Shown piece after piece: positions 1-10,515 of a DNA stretch of 49,230 nucleotides. The position numbers and the translations under genes were made by a program. The stretch covers positions 1-49,230 of the forward strand of contig JAWBQF010000020.1 of the NCBI GenBank assembly GCA_038845975.1, in the 5' to 3' direction. The notes under the pieces are model-generated. The model saw nothing but the letters and a program-made list of their open reading frames with translations. It was not told the origin of the DNA and did no database searches. Each line of letters starts with the position of its first letter. Within the stretch, counting starts at the first letter, position 1. This stretch comes from Candidatus Methanomethylicia archaeon (GTDB lineage: Archaea; Thermoproteota; Methanomethylicia; CALHIW01).

Positions 1-547
1 GGGTTACGCGTATGTATGGGAAGAAGAAGCGCTACATTAAGATCCACTTCGCAGTAGACGTTAAGACTAAGGAGGTTTTAGCTATGGAGGTAACAACTGA
101 TGACGTTCACGACTCAAAAGCGGCATTAATCAAGGATGCCTCTAGGGAGGGTTTCTGAAGCTGTTATGGATGGAGCTTACGATAATGCTGAAGCCTACAA
201 TCTTCTTAGAAAGATGGGTGTAAAACCCATTATCAAGCCTAGGCATAACGCCAGAGCTGATAAAGGGCCTCCGGAAAGACGTAGAGCGGTTAGGCTTATC
301 GAAAAGGTGGGTGATGAAGAGTGGGCGGGGATGATGGGCTACGGTAGACGTTGGGTTGAAACAACATTCTCAACATTCAAACGCAGTATGGAGAATACTG
401 CATGGCGAAAAACATGGAAAGCATAAAGAAAGAACTAGAAGCCAAAGCATACATATACAACATGCTAATAAACCTATAAAGCAAAATCAAAAAGAAAACA
501 TAAAATCAAAGAAGAGACCTAGACAACAAAGAATTAAGCCACAAAGC
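1..547 (+). mobile_element. IS5-family insertion sequence, right part, with frameshifted transposase pseudogene
   Basis: Frame 3 from nt 3 reads YGKKKRYIKIHFAVDVKTKEVLAMEVTTDDVHDS. Frame 1 continues VMDGAYD...KPIIKPR...YGRRWVETTFSTFKR. A further shift gives EYCMAKNMESIKKELEAKAYIYNMLINL* (stop 477-479). These are IS5 DDE motifs split by at least 2 frameshifts. The end GAATTAAGCCACAAAGC (531-547) resembles IS903-type terminal repeats. Confidence 0.85.
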
Positions 548-1689
548 TAAATTTTTACTAGTGATTCATCTTTAAAAGCTCTTGTATATTTCATGTATAT
601 TCCCTCCGCTAATTTTATGGGACTATCTGTATGTAGAACTTCTTTAAAGAAGTCTATGTAGCCTCCTCTAAAAAGTAAATCTCCCTCAAATCCATGAACA
701 TATATATCAATGTATTTGTATATTTTCTCAGCTACATAAGGAAGATAATAGGCCTGAGTCATTCCAAGTGTAAGTAAGACTGATAAATTAACATATTTTC
801 TTATTTCATCATATTTAAATGGGATATAAATATTTCTATAATTTCCTTTTTTACTTATCAGATAAGCTATTTTGCATTCAAGTGTTTTTAGTTCGCCATA
901 TGTATAGGTCAATATATTGTCTTTAGATGGGAATGCTGAAGCAGTAATCCTCGAATCTAAACCACCACTTAATGAAATTCCAATCTTAAAATAGCCGTAC
1001 CTTTTAAGAAATGATGACACGGCACTACGTAAAGCATTTACAAAAAGATATGCCCATCTATTCTCATCAGTTATTTGGGGATTAAAACAATAGTCCCAGT
1101 AACTACTTATCTTAAAATCTAAGGAATTTAAATCTATACTTAATATTGATGCATTTCCAATATGACTAATACCTGCAATAAGTGTTCTATTTTCCAGCAC
1201 TTCACCAAACCTCAAAAACTCCATTAAGGAATTCTGATCCAAGTAATAATTCTCATTAATAATGCTGAAAAGCAGTGGAGAATTTGAAAACCAGAACTTA
1301 TCATTAGTATAATAGTACCAAAAAGTTCTCAATCCATATTTATCATTAATAAGCTCTAATCGGTTATGAGTATATTTACATATTGAGAAACCGCCGTTTA
1401 AGGTGTTAAGCTTGGCATTACCATATAAATCATACATGTTAAGATATTCGGCAGAATAATTATCTATAAAATATCCTTCAAAGAATAAAAATCCATCAGA
1501 TATTTTTATCTTTCGGTTAATACCGTAGATATCATTTTTACGGTAAAGATGAACAATGATTAGATTCTTATCAATTAAAACATCTTTATAAATAAATGGA
1601 AAATTAAACCTTAAAATCTTTCTAATTAACTCATTAGCTTGCAGCCCATTACAGTTAGATTGCTTGCTGGTTACGAAACCAAATATCAT
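547..1689 (-). pseudogene. Asparagine synthase-related amidotransferase (glycan-modification type), C-terminally truncated by the IS5
   Basis: It has an N-terminal GATase-II-like region (NGGFSI, INDKYGLR) and the SLSGGLDSR PP-loop. It is only 380 aa, and the stop codon coincides with the IS end at 547. Confidence 0.75.
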
Positions 1690-1736
1690 ACTTCTAGTAT
1701 TATGAATACTGATTTAAAAATTACGTCTTATTATTT

Positions 1737-2394
1737 GATGTCGTCAAGTTTTCTGCTCAGTAGCATGTTATATTAAGCTATATAGGTTTTCAGGAAGGCT
1801 CTTAGGCTTTTGATAGTGGAGTTATAGGAAAATTGTATAGAAACACTTTGTCTGGATTTAGGTTTCCAACGTCTATGAAGTTGCGCAGGCCGGAGGTTTG
1901 GTGCCTCCACTTGAGGTCTAAGTTGCAGGACTTGTGGACATCATAGACTCTTATCCACCTATGGGCTTATTAGATAAGATCTTCACTAATTCTCTGCAGG
2001 AACTCTGTGTTAGAATGCTTTCCCTCCAATGGATTCTATAGGTCAAGTTCTTCCTAGTTTGCGAATCCACAGCCGTTAAACATAGAGTTACTAGTTCTTC
2101 AACTTGAGCTTTACTTCATCCACAGCTATAACCCTTCTACGTCCCCACTCAAGTTTAGAAGGATCTCCTTTAACCCTGAACAAAAGCCTAGCCACTTCAT
2201 GGCTGAACTCATCCTCAAAACTTTGGCAACTCATAGGAGAGACCTGAGTAGTAGAAAGAGGCGAAAAGGACCTTAACTTGAGGAGGTCGTTGATTCCAAC
2301 GAAATACTTTGAGCCTCACATATCCACCAAAACTGAAAAGAACTCAACTCAAGTCAATTGAAAGAGAGCCATGCTAACTAAACTTGACAACATC
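1737..2394 (-). mobile_element. Degenerate IS6-family insertion sequence
   Basis: Inverted repeats GATGTCGTCAAGTTT (1737-1751) and AAACTTGACAACATC (2380-2394) match at 14/15. TATTATTT is duplicated at 1729-1736 and 2395-2402. Minus-strand fragments (LTAVDSQTRK, LVKILSNKPI, KWRHQTSGLRNFI) resemble archaeal IS6 transposases, but there is no intact ORF. Confidence 0.85.
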
Positions 2395-2639
2395 TATTAT
2401 TTTATAGCTTATGTTACAAAATCAGATGTTATATATAGATCTGATGGATAGAAATTTGTTTTAAAATATGTTAAAATTAATCCTTAATCTAGTATAAGCA
2501 GAAACTTCCTTCTACAATAGAAGCTACATCTAATCTGCCTCTCTTTAACTTTAGCTTTCTTTATTTTATGATTTAATCTTCCTTTAATATTTTTATATAG
2601 ATCCAAAATATTAAAAACTACTTAAGTATATTTAACTTT

Positions 2640-3987
2640 ATGAGGATTATAGTGGTTGCAAATCCCTTTTTAGAGCTTGGTGGTGGTGCAAGAAGAGCTT
2701 TTGAAGTTGTTACACGTTATACTAATCATAGTGTTGAGCCAATACTATTTATACCATACAATGGATTGTACCGTGCTATACTAGCTAAAAATACGTACTG
2801 GCTTAGTTGATAAGAAAACTATTCTAAATGAATTTAATAAAGTATTTAACTACTTATCCATAATGGGAGTTATTATACCTAATAATGTGTGGAGTGTACT
2901 GGAAGAGATTTTAAGTGTGGTGAAGAATGATCTTAAAAGAAGAATAACAATTCATAGATTATTAGGAACTAAGAGGGTTGAGTATGAAACTTCAAATAAG
3001 TATTTAGAAGATGTTGAAGCATTTAATGTAGACTTTGTATATTCTCTCCATGAAGTTATTGATGCTGTAGTTATGGCAAGCTATATTGCTAGTAAGATTT
3101 CAAAGCCCTTCGGCATTCTACTTCAGTCAAACCCCTACTATGAAGATTTAAAAACTGTATTTCACCTTCTTTCTATGGAGGGGTGGAGTATACCTAGGCT
3201 AAGCATAAAGCATCTCTTAGCCTCATATACTAATACCTATATTAAAAAAATATATTTAAACGATATTGTTAGAAACCCTAAATTAAGATTCATAGTTTCG
3301 GTTTCTGAAGCTCCATTTATGTATTCAGGGTTAAGGAAATACTGTAGATGTACTAGGTCTCTACATCCAGCTAATGCTTATGATAGTGAATTAATTAAGT
3401 ATAGAAATACATCTAATAAAGATGATTATGCTGTATTTTCAGCTAGACTTACATGTGAGAAGGGAATTCTAGAGATACCATATATTTGGCGTAAAGTAGT
3501 ATCAAAGCTTCCAGATGCGAAACTAATTATAACCGGTATTTTCAGTAAGCAAAAGGTAAAGACTGAGTTTGAAAAACTGTTAATTAAGTTAAATCTTAGC
3601 AGGAATGTAGAATATTTAGGATATGTAAGTTGGAACGATAATGCTAAGATTATGTCTAAAGCGAAAGTTCTTGTATATCCATCACATATAGATGCTTTCC
3701 CTCTAATTGTTTTGGAGAGTTTAGCTCTTGGAACAACTGTAGTTGCATATGATATTCCAGCAATAAGATCTATTTATAAGGATGTTAAAGCTGTTCTAAC
3801 TGTTCCGGAGTATGATGTTAACGCTATGGCTTATAAAGTCATTAACATCCTTAAAATGGATTCTAATAGATTAGCTAAACTGCATGAGGATGAGTTAACT
3901 CTAAGATTTCTAAGTACTTATGGATCATGGGATGAAGTTGTAAAGGCTGAGATTAGAATGATTAGTGAAGCTATAAGAACTAGTTAA
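2640..3987 (+). pseudogene. Glycosyltransferase family 4 (GT-B), split by a +1 frameshift near 2787-2791
   Basis: ATG at 2640 gives MRIIVVANPFLELGGGARRAFEV (a GT4 N-terminus) and stops at 2810. Removing one A from the A5 run joins it to ORF 2863-3987, which carries FSARL..EKG and YPSHIDAFPLIVLESLALG. Confidence 0.8.
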
Positions 3988-4632
3988 AATTCCATTAAGA
4001 AATTCATATAAAACTGTTTAGGTCTATAAGGTTTAGGCTATAGTTTAAAGTTTTCTGACAATAGGTTAAGATAATTAAGTCTCTTCTATTTTTTAGGACT
4101 GAAACAAATAACTTGAAGCTGATGATGAGGATTGCAATCCATATTCTTATATGCTAATAACAGATTATAGATGGTAAGTATTTTTCTAATCTACTCTTCC
4201 AAGTTTATTGCTTTAGTTAACTGCTATGGTGTTTATGTATTCTATTTTTCCTTACTAGTTTAGGTCTTCGTGAGCTTTTAAGTCTATGTATTTAGAGTTT
4301 GCAGAGCTTAGGAAATCTAGCTAAATCGTAAATTATAGGGGTGTGGCCGCTTAAGTTCATCCTCTAAGTGTTGTAGATGATATGATAGTTTATGGATAGG
4401 TTCATTCAATTTTTCCCTTATCATCTAGCTTTTTAATTTTAGTTTATGGTTTAGAAAGGTACTGATTATGAACTTGTTAGATAATAGCTCTTAATTAGTT
4501 TTAAGAGCTATGATTGTAGGATTAAAGCTTTCGATTATGATGATTATTTTCTTAGCAGTAAGCTAAATAAGATAATAGGATTAAAATGGAATATGTTAAC
4601 TCGAAATTAGTTGATAGTTTAAGTTATGGAGG

Positions 4633-5136
4633 TTACTGTGATGAATTAGTATGCGAGTAATTTTGTTTTAAGGTTTTAGAAGAATGCAGCTTCTCCATGT
4701 ATTGAATTGGTATCCACATATTTCTATATTTTACTCTTCTCTTAAGGGTTTCTGATAGAAGCCTATTTATTTCCTCTTGATATTCTGTATTTGCATGTAT
4801 TACTATGCCTTCTGTTAATGCGTCGAGAGCTGTCATTCTACCATCAATTATCATCTCTCTAAATTCTTCTGGTGTGTATATATGTGGGTCTAATGGTAAA
4901 CCATCTATTACCTCATATACTAGGCTCCATCTATCCCAGTAATTTTTCGGAATGTATTCTGGAACTATGAGGAGATCTATATCGCTTCCACGTGTATAGT
5001 CACCTCTTGTAAAGCTGTCATAGAGAATAATTAGTAGTGGCTTTAATGTTGGAATTACGTATTGCTTCACGTATTGCTTAACTGCTTCAATAACTCTTTC
5101 ATGTAACTTAGAATTTTCTGAGCCGAGATAAGACAT
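4633..5136 (-). CDS. Minimal nucleotidyltransferase (MNT) antitoxin, possibly degenerate
   Basis: The LYDSFTRGDY...SDIDL motif has the canonical GS changed to DS. The gene overlaps the HEPN gene. Confidence 0.8.
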   Translation of the reverse strand: MSYLGSENSKLHERVIEAVKQYVKQYVIPTLKPLLIILYDSFTRGDYTRGSDIDLLIVPEYIPKNYWDRWSLVYEVIDGLPLDPHIYTPEEFREMIIDGRMTALDALTEGIVIHANTEYQEEINRLLSETLKRRVKYRNMWIPIQYMEKLHSSKTLKQNYSHTNSSQ

Positions 5137-5489
5137 AACTCTGCATCCCTCTTAGTGTAAAGCTCATAAGCTGGAGACTCAACACCTGGATGTAGATTTA
5201 GATATCTTGGTGGAGAATAATGTTTATCAAGAAGTTTTGCATCCTCAATTAACTCCTCCACACTCCTATTATATATCTCATTTAAAACTCTCAACAATCC
5301 TGTTATAGAGTGGCCTTTTGCCTCTATACCTGGAGCATAAAGACAGGCCTTAACAGTCTTCTCACCTGCCTGTTGTGAATGGAAACAGCTTGCTACATAA
5401 TGTGTAGAGGAAATAAGATCCTGAGCAACCTTAAGATCCTCATCAGCATCAGCTATCCATCTTCTAGCTTCAGTAATCCACCTAGACAT
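5067..5489 (-). CDS. HEPN domain protein
   Basis: The A..DL..A, CFHSQQAGEK, GHSI and LDKHY..RY motifs are present, and the gene is paired with an MNT. Confidence 0.9.
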   Translation of the reverse strand: MSRWITEARRWIADADEDLKVAQDLISSTHYVASCFHSQQAGEKTVKACLYAPGIEAKGHSITGLLRVLNEIYNRSVEELIEDAKLLDKHYSPPRYLNLHPGVESPAYELYTKRDAELCLISAQKILSYMKELLKQLSNT

Positions 5490-5988
5490 AATACCACATA
5501 CTAATCATTTAAATACAACAATATAAATCTTTATAATTCTTAAAATCCCTTAATAAAACCTTACAATCCTTTCATGCTTAAATATCATTTCCACTAAAAT
5601 AATATTTTATGGCTATTCTAAGGTTATGTAGACTCAGCATTCCCCATAATTTACACAATGTTACTACGATTTATAAATGACTATACGTATTCCATATAGT
5701 ACTAGAGTATTTTAGTGGTTGTTATGTGTCTCATATTCATCCTAATACATGGTATGTAGTCATCGATGTTTTTATTTCTAAATCTTAACTCTGATATATG
5801 TAATGTTTAAGTTTACAAATCCTAACAGCCATAATGATTTTATTAGAGAATAATTTTGATTTCAAATATAATTTACAATATTTGGAATTCATGATATTTT
5901 TATTTATGGTATGGTTTATCGTTAACTACTGTTAAGATTTATAAAATCTTAGAGTTAGGTTTATATTGTTTATTGGAATATTGACAGG

Positions 5989-6825
5989 ATGAATAGGATT
6001 ATTGAGTTTGCTAGAATGATTAGATGTGTAAACTGTAGTATGGCTGGGTTAGCTGTTATCTTCACTATTTTCGTAGCTGAAAACTATACGGTTAGTAATT
6101 ATACTAATATTGTTATAGGCTTCATTACAGGGTTTCTAGCCTCATCGGCTGCGATGCTTATTAATGATGTGGTTGATTTAGAGGTGGATAAAATCAATAA
6201 GCCCTGGAAGCCACTACCAAGAGGAGTATTTAAACCTGAATCTATAAGGAATGTTAGCCTAATACTCTTAACATTAGGAGTATTAGTAAATGTTTTTATC
6301 TCGTTCATAGCCCTCATAATAGCCCTCATATACTCCATAATAGCCTATATCTATAGCTTCTTGAGAAGAAATCTGTACAGTCAATTTCTAGTTAGCTTAG
6401 CTGTAACAGGTCCATTCATATACGGTTTAACACTAGCTAAAACCGAGAAGACGGTATTTATAGTGTTATTTTCAATAGTGGTTTTCCTAATAAATACTTC
6501 TAGAGAGTTTATTAAAAGCATAGCTGATGTAAATGGGGATTTAAAATACAACTATAAAACAGTAGCAACAGTATATGGTATTAAAAATTCAGCTAAAACA
6601 GCATTTCTACTATCATTAGTAGGAGTTATAATAGCTATAGTAATAGGTTTAACTAAAATAGCAGGATTAATATATACATTAACTCTAGGAGTATGTGGTG
6701 TTCTCTATACTCTACTTACCTTAAAGGTAGTTTTGAATCCAGCAAAAGCTCAAAACGTAAAGAACATGATGATATATTTAATGCTAATAGCACTTATAGG
6801 ATTCCTACTATCAAATATAAGCTAG
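5989..6825 (+). CDS. UbiA-family prenyltransferase, probably digeranylgeranylglyceryl phosphate synthase
   Basis: It has NDVVDLEVDKINKPWKPLPRG and REFIKSIADVNGD motifs and multiple TM helices. Confidence 0.85.
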   Translation: MNRIIEFARMIRCVNCSMAGLAVIFTIFVAENYTVSNYTNIVIGFITGFLASSAAMLINDVVDLEVDKINKPWKPLPRGVFKPESIRNVSLILLTLGVLVNVFISFIALIIALIYSIIAYIYSFLRRNLYSQFLVSLAVTGPFIYGLTLAKTEKTVFIVLFSIVVFLINTSREFIKSIADVNGDLKYNYKTVATVYGIKNSAKTAFLLSLVGVIIAIVIGLTKIAGLIYTLTLGVCGVLYTLLTLKVVLNPAKAQNVKNMMIYLMLIALIGFLLSNIS

Positions 6826-7067
6826 ATTCCTTTAACTATATGGCTACGTTCTAACTATCCTTAAGATATCCACTCCTAGCTAGCCCATATAGATGTATTT
6901 TGATGGAATGATGTTATTGATTTTTATATGGTTACTAATGATGATGTGTTAAGAAGCTTAATCAATACTGTTTAACGGTAAAGTTCCTACAAAAGTTTAC
7001 AGCTATAATAACTGTCTTATTAATGAGGTGGAGGTAAGTTTTTAAAATATTCATCATAGAATACTGT

Positions 7068-7571
7068 ATGTATCAGATACTGTATAAGTTAGAGATTCCA
7101 TATCTACCTACGCCTAGCAATGTTGTTTTAAGAATGCTTGAACTTGCTAAGCCTTTAAGAGGTGAGCTTCTAGTTGATCTTGGATGTGGTGATGGTAGAA
7201 TACTTATTCTTGCTGCTGAGCTGTATGGGTGTAGATGTATAGGTTATGAGATTGATAATAATCTTATTTGTGAAGCAATTAGGGAAATTAGAAGTAGAGG
7301 TATTAGAAATGTTAAGATATTGAGGAAGGATCTTTTTAAAGCTGATATTGGTGATGCAGATATTCTTACATTATACTTAACACCTAAAGCATTAGAGGTT
7401 CTTAGTAAACGTATAGTTAAGGAGATGAAGAGTGGTGCACGTATAGTATCTCACGACTATGAAGTTCCAAAACTGAAACCTTTAAGAGTTGAATGTATCG
7501 ATACTCATGGTATTCATAGCCATAAAATATATTTATATAGAATTCCTGATTCTCTGGCTGCTAGTATTTAG
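7068..7571 (+). CDS. Class I SAM methyltransferase, archaeal protein-lysine methyltransferase (aKMT)-like
   Basis: It has PYLPTP...DLGCGDGRIL, TLYL and GARIVSHDY motifs. Confidence 0.75.
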   Translation: MYQILYKLEIPYLPTPSNVVLRMLELAKPLRGELLVDLGCGDGRILILAAELYGCRCIGYEIDNNLICEAIREIRSRGIRNVKILRKDLFKADIGDADILTLYLTPKALEVLSKRIVKEMKSGARIVSHDYEVPKLKPLRVECIDTHGIHSHKIYLYRIPDSLAASI

Positions 7572-7587
7572 CTGTACTTAGTAAGCT

Positions 7588-8769
7588 ATGATGAGTCTTA
7601 TTGAGTATTCGAAATCTATATTTCTAGATGGTAGGCTTATAGAGAGCCTTAGTAGTGTATTTGGGGATAGATTAAGAGATATTATTGAGGCTTTAAGGAA
7701 GCCTCCAAGTAGATACTATGTTAGGGTTAATACTTTAAAAGCATTTACTGATGATGTTTATGAGGGTTTATTATCTAGAGGTTTTGAGGTTTATAGGGAT
7801 TGCTTAGTTAGGGATACACTCTACTTTAGGGTTAGAGGTCCTAATAAGCTTCCTGTAGCTAGTAGAGTTGTTGTTGCTGATAAGTATGCTTCTGAAAGTG
7901 TTTATCAGGGTGCTGATCTCTATGCTCCTGGTGTTGTGAGAGCTGATGGTGTTTCTAAAGGTGACGAAGTCCTCATTACTACACCCTACGGTGAACCTGT
8001 TGGTTGGGGTATTGCTGTAATTAATGGTGATGAAATGATTAAGCATAAGTATGGGCTTGCAGTTCATGTATTAAAATCTGTTTATGAGGCTCCGAAGATT
8101 CAGGATCTTAAAGAGTATAGAGATGGCCTTATATTTGATCAGAGTCTACCAGCAATAATTACAAGTATTGTTCTAGATCCTAAACCTGGTGAAGTTATTG
8201 TTGATATGTGTGCTGCTCCTGGTGGTAAGACAACACATATAGCTCAGCTTACAGGCAATAATGCCCTGGTTTTAGCTTTCGATAATTCTAATCGTAGAAT
8301 TGATAGGTTAAGAAGAGAGATTTGTAGAGTTAATGCTAGCTGTATTCGTGTTTTTAAGGCTGATTCACGTTATCTAGATATTTACTATCCATGGATTAAG
8401 GCTGATAGGGTTCTTATAGATCCTCCATGCTCAACTATTGGTGTAAGACCTAAGCTTCAAGATATTAAGACATATAGAGACGTTAAGGCTATTGCAGAAT
8501 ATCAGAAGCAGTTTGTTAAGGTAGCTTCTAAGATAGTTAAGAATGGAGGTGTAATTGTGTATTCTACATGTACAGTAACACCTGAGGAAAATGAGCTTAT
8601 TATTGATTATGCTGTTAGAAATCTTAATTTAAAAGTTGATGAGCAGCCTATCTATATTGCTTCAAGAGGCTTAAATATTGTTGAGAATTACAATTTACTA
8701 CAGAGATTTTACCCTGATATTCATGATACATCAGGATATTTCATAGCTAGACTTGTAAAGAAGGCTTAA
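7588..8769 (+). CDS. RsmB/NOP2-family RNA m5C methyltransferase with PUA domain (NSUN6-like)
   Basis: It has a PUA segment (GADLYAPGVV), DMCAAPGGKT, DPPCS and YSTCT. Confidence 0.92.
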   Translation: MMSLIEYSKSIFLDGRLIESLSSVFGDRLRDIIEALRKPPSRYYVRVNTLKAFTDDVYEGLLSRGFEVYRDCLVRDTLYFRVRGPNKLPVASRVVVADKYASESVYQGADLYAPGVVRADGVSKGDEVLITTPYGEPVGWGIAVINGDEMIKHKYGLAVHVLKSVYEAPKIQDLKEYRDGLIFDQSLPAIITSIVLDPKPGEVIVDMCAAPGGKTTHIAQLTGNNALVLAFDNSNRRIDRLRREICRVNASCIRVFKADSRYLDIYYPWIKADRVLIDPPCSTIGVRPKLQDIKTYRDVKAIAEYQKQFVKVASKIVKNGGVIVYSTCTVTPEENELIIDYAVRNLNLKVDEQPIYIASRGLNIVENYNLLQRFYPDIHDTSGYFIARLVKKA

Positions 8770-9733
8770 CCATATTCTGTAGCTGTATTGGAGGGTTAAG
8801 TGCTATAGCTATTGCTCCATACAATACTACATCATCGCCTAGTGGTGTAGGAATTATTTTAGGTATTCTATTTATAGTATATTTACTTATGTTTCTCCTT
8901 ATTATCGGTATTGTAAGATCAATATTTCTAAGAATTACAGCTCCACCTACTGTTATTAGTGTTGGATCATACATGTTTATGATGTTAGCGAAGCCTATAG
9001 CGTTTAATTTACCTATCTCCCTAACTATTCTTAGGGCTAAATAGTCATTCATTCTAGCATTTAGAAATATTGTTTCAGATGTTAGGTTTTCAAGCTGCCT
9101 GTATAGGGGACTTTTTCCAGCTTTCTCCTTACCTATTTTCTTCAATACTAATCTTGCATACTTCGGTATATTTCTACCTGAACAGTATGCTTCCCAATGT
9201 CCTCTTCCACCACATCCACATTTAAGCCTACCTCTTAAATCTATCACCATATGTCCAGCTTCATGAGCGTTTCCATCCTTACCTAATAATAGGCAGCTAT
9301 TAACATATACTCCACATCCAATACCTGTACTAATGGTAACATATACTAGATTATCTATGTTTCTACCAGCTCCAAAAATCTTTTCACCAATAACAGCAGC
9401 AATCCCATCATTGACTAGATATACTGGAATTTTAAACTTATCTATTAGAGGCTCTACGATAACTATTTCTTTAAATGATAGATTTGAAGGCTTAACTATT
9501 ACTCCTCTTCTAATATTGATTGGACCTATTGATCCAATACCTACTCCAACTATTTTCCTAACGAGTTTTTCAGGTATTTTTCTAATTAGCCTAATTATTT
9601 GGTTAGCAATTGCATACTCATCTCCTTGATTGACTGTTCTCTCAAATGTTTTAAATAGGATTCTATTAGAGTCTCCAATAGCAATTCTAATATTGGTTGC
9701 TCCAATATCAACTCCTAAAGCTAAGCCATCCAC
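8747..9733 (-). CDS. ROK-family sugar kinase (glucokinase-like)
   Basis: It has GVDIGAT, ISTGIGCG and EAGH...CGCGGRGHWEAYCSG. Confidence 0.92.
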   Translation of the reverse strand: MDGLALGVDIGATNIRIAIGDSNRILFKTFERTVNQGDEYAIANQIIRLIRKIPEKLVRKIVGVGIGSIGPINIRRGVIVKPSNLSFKEIVIVEPLIDKFKIPVYLVNDGIAAVIGEKIFGAGRNIDNLVYVTISTGIGCGVYVNSCLLLGKDGNAHEAGHMVIDLRGRLKCGCGGRGHWEAYCSGRNIPKYARLVLKKIGKEKAGKSPLYRQLENLTSETIFLNARMNDYLALRIVREIGKLNAIGFANIINMYDPTLITVGGAVILRNIDLTIPIIRRNISKYTINRIPKIIPTPLGDDVVLYGAIAIALNPPIQLQNMVKPSLQV

Positions 9734-9781
9734 AATACTTATAAATTAAACTATTTAAATAGTTTAATGAATAATTGTTAA

Positions 9782-10432
9782 CTATATTTTCTCTTTTATT
9801 GTTATTGGTAGTTGTACTGGTACTTCCGGTAGTTTCTCCTTCATTTTCTGTTCTGCAACTACTGTTGCTTCTCCAAGTATTTTCTGTGCTTCATTTGATG
9901 CTTCTACTTCAAATCCTGTTTGAACAGTAATTCCAGCCTCATTAATCATTGTCTGTAGGCTTTCACTAATTTCTCCAAGTTCACTACCTATTTGAGGCAT
10001 AAATCCTGAAAGCTGACCTCTTAATACTCCTACAACCTTCGATACTGGAGCTACTACTGCTGCAAGGTTTCCGAAGTCACGTATGGTTTCAAGTCTTAAT
10101 GAAACCTGCTCTAGAGCAAGTTGGCTTCTCAGAATCAGTCTTGTAATCTTTCTAAGTTCTACAATCTCATTTGCATATATTCTAGCTCTAAGGTCGTCTT
10201 TTGATGTTAATGCATGAACGCATTTCTCAAATAAATCTTTATCACGTTGTAGGAGCTTATATGATTCCTGTTCAAGCCTTGTTTTTAAGCTATTAATTCT
10301 AAACGTAACCATTAATATTTCCTCACTAAGTAACCGTTTTGATTTGAATAATTCTTTTACTCGTTTAAAAATAGAGTCTTCATTTCCACTCCATTTCCTA
10401 CTAAACTTTTCCGACATGCTCCCTATCAACAT
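9782..10432 (-). CDS. Snf7/ESCRT-III family protein (CdvB paralog)
   Basis: The helical core reads RDKDLFEKCV...RARIYANEIVELRK...LEQVSLRLETIRDFG, and the C-terminus EAQKILGEA...KLPEVP is typical of CdvB1/B2. Confidence 0.88.
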   Translation of the reverse strand: MLIGSMSEKFSRKWSGNEDSIFKRVKELFKSKRLLSEEILMVTFRINSLKTRLEQESYKLLQRDKDLFEKCVHALTSKDDLRARIYANEIVELRKITRLILRSQLALEQVSLRLETIRDFGNLAAVVAPVSKVVGVLRGQLSGFMPQIGSELGEISESLQTMINEAGITVQTGFEVEASNEAQKILGEATVVAEQKMKEKLPEVPVQLPITIKEKI

Positions 10433-10515
10433 ATCCAGTAGAAAATATATAGCTTATCAAACTTAATTCAAAATAATACTAGGTATAAGTAGAATTAGCA
10501 ACTCTAATAAATACT

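Noticed and set aside
356-550. 64-aa ORF
   Set aside because: It is an out-of-frame reading of the IS5 transposase tail and terminal region.
4075-4140. CRISPR-repeat-like ending (...TTTTTAGGACTGAAAC) followed by GAGGATTGCAATCC
   Set aside because: There is no second matching repeat at regular spacing and no cas genes.
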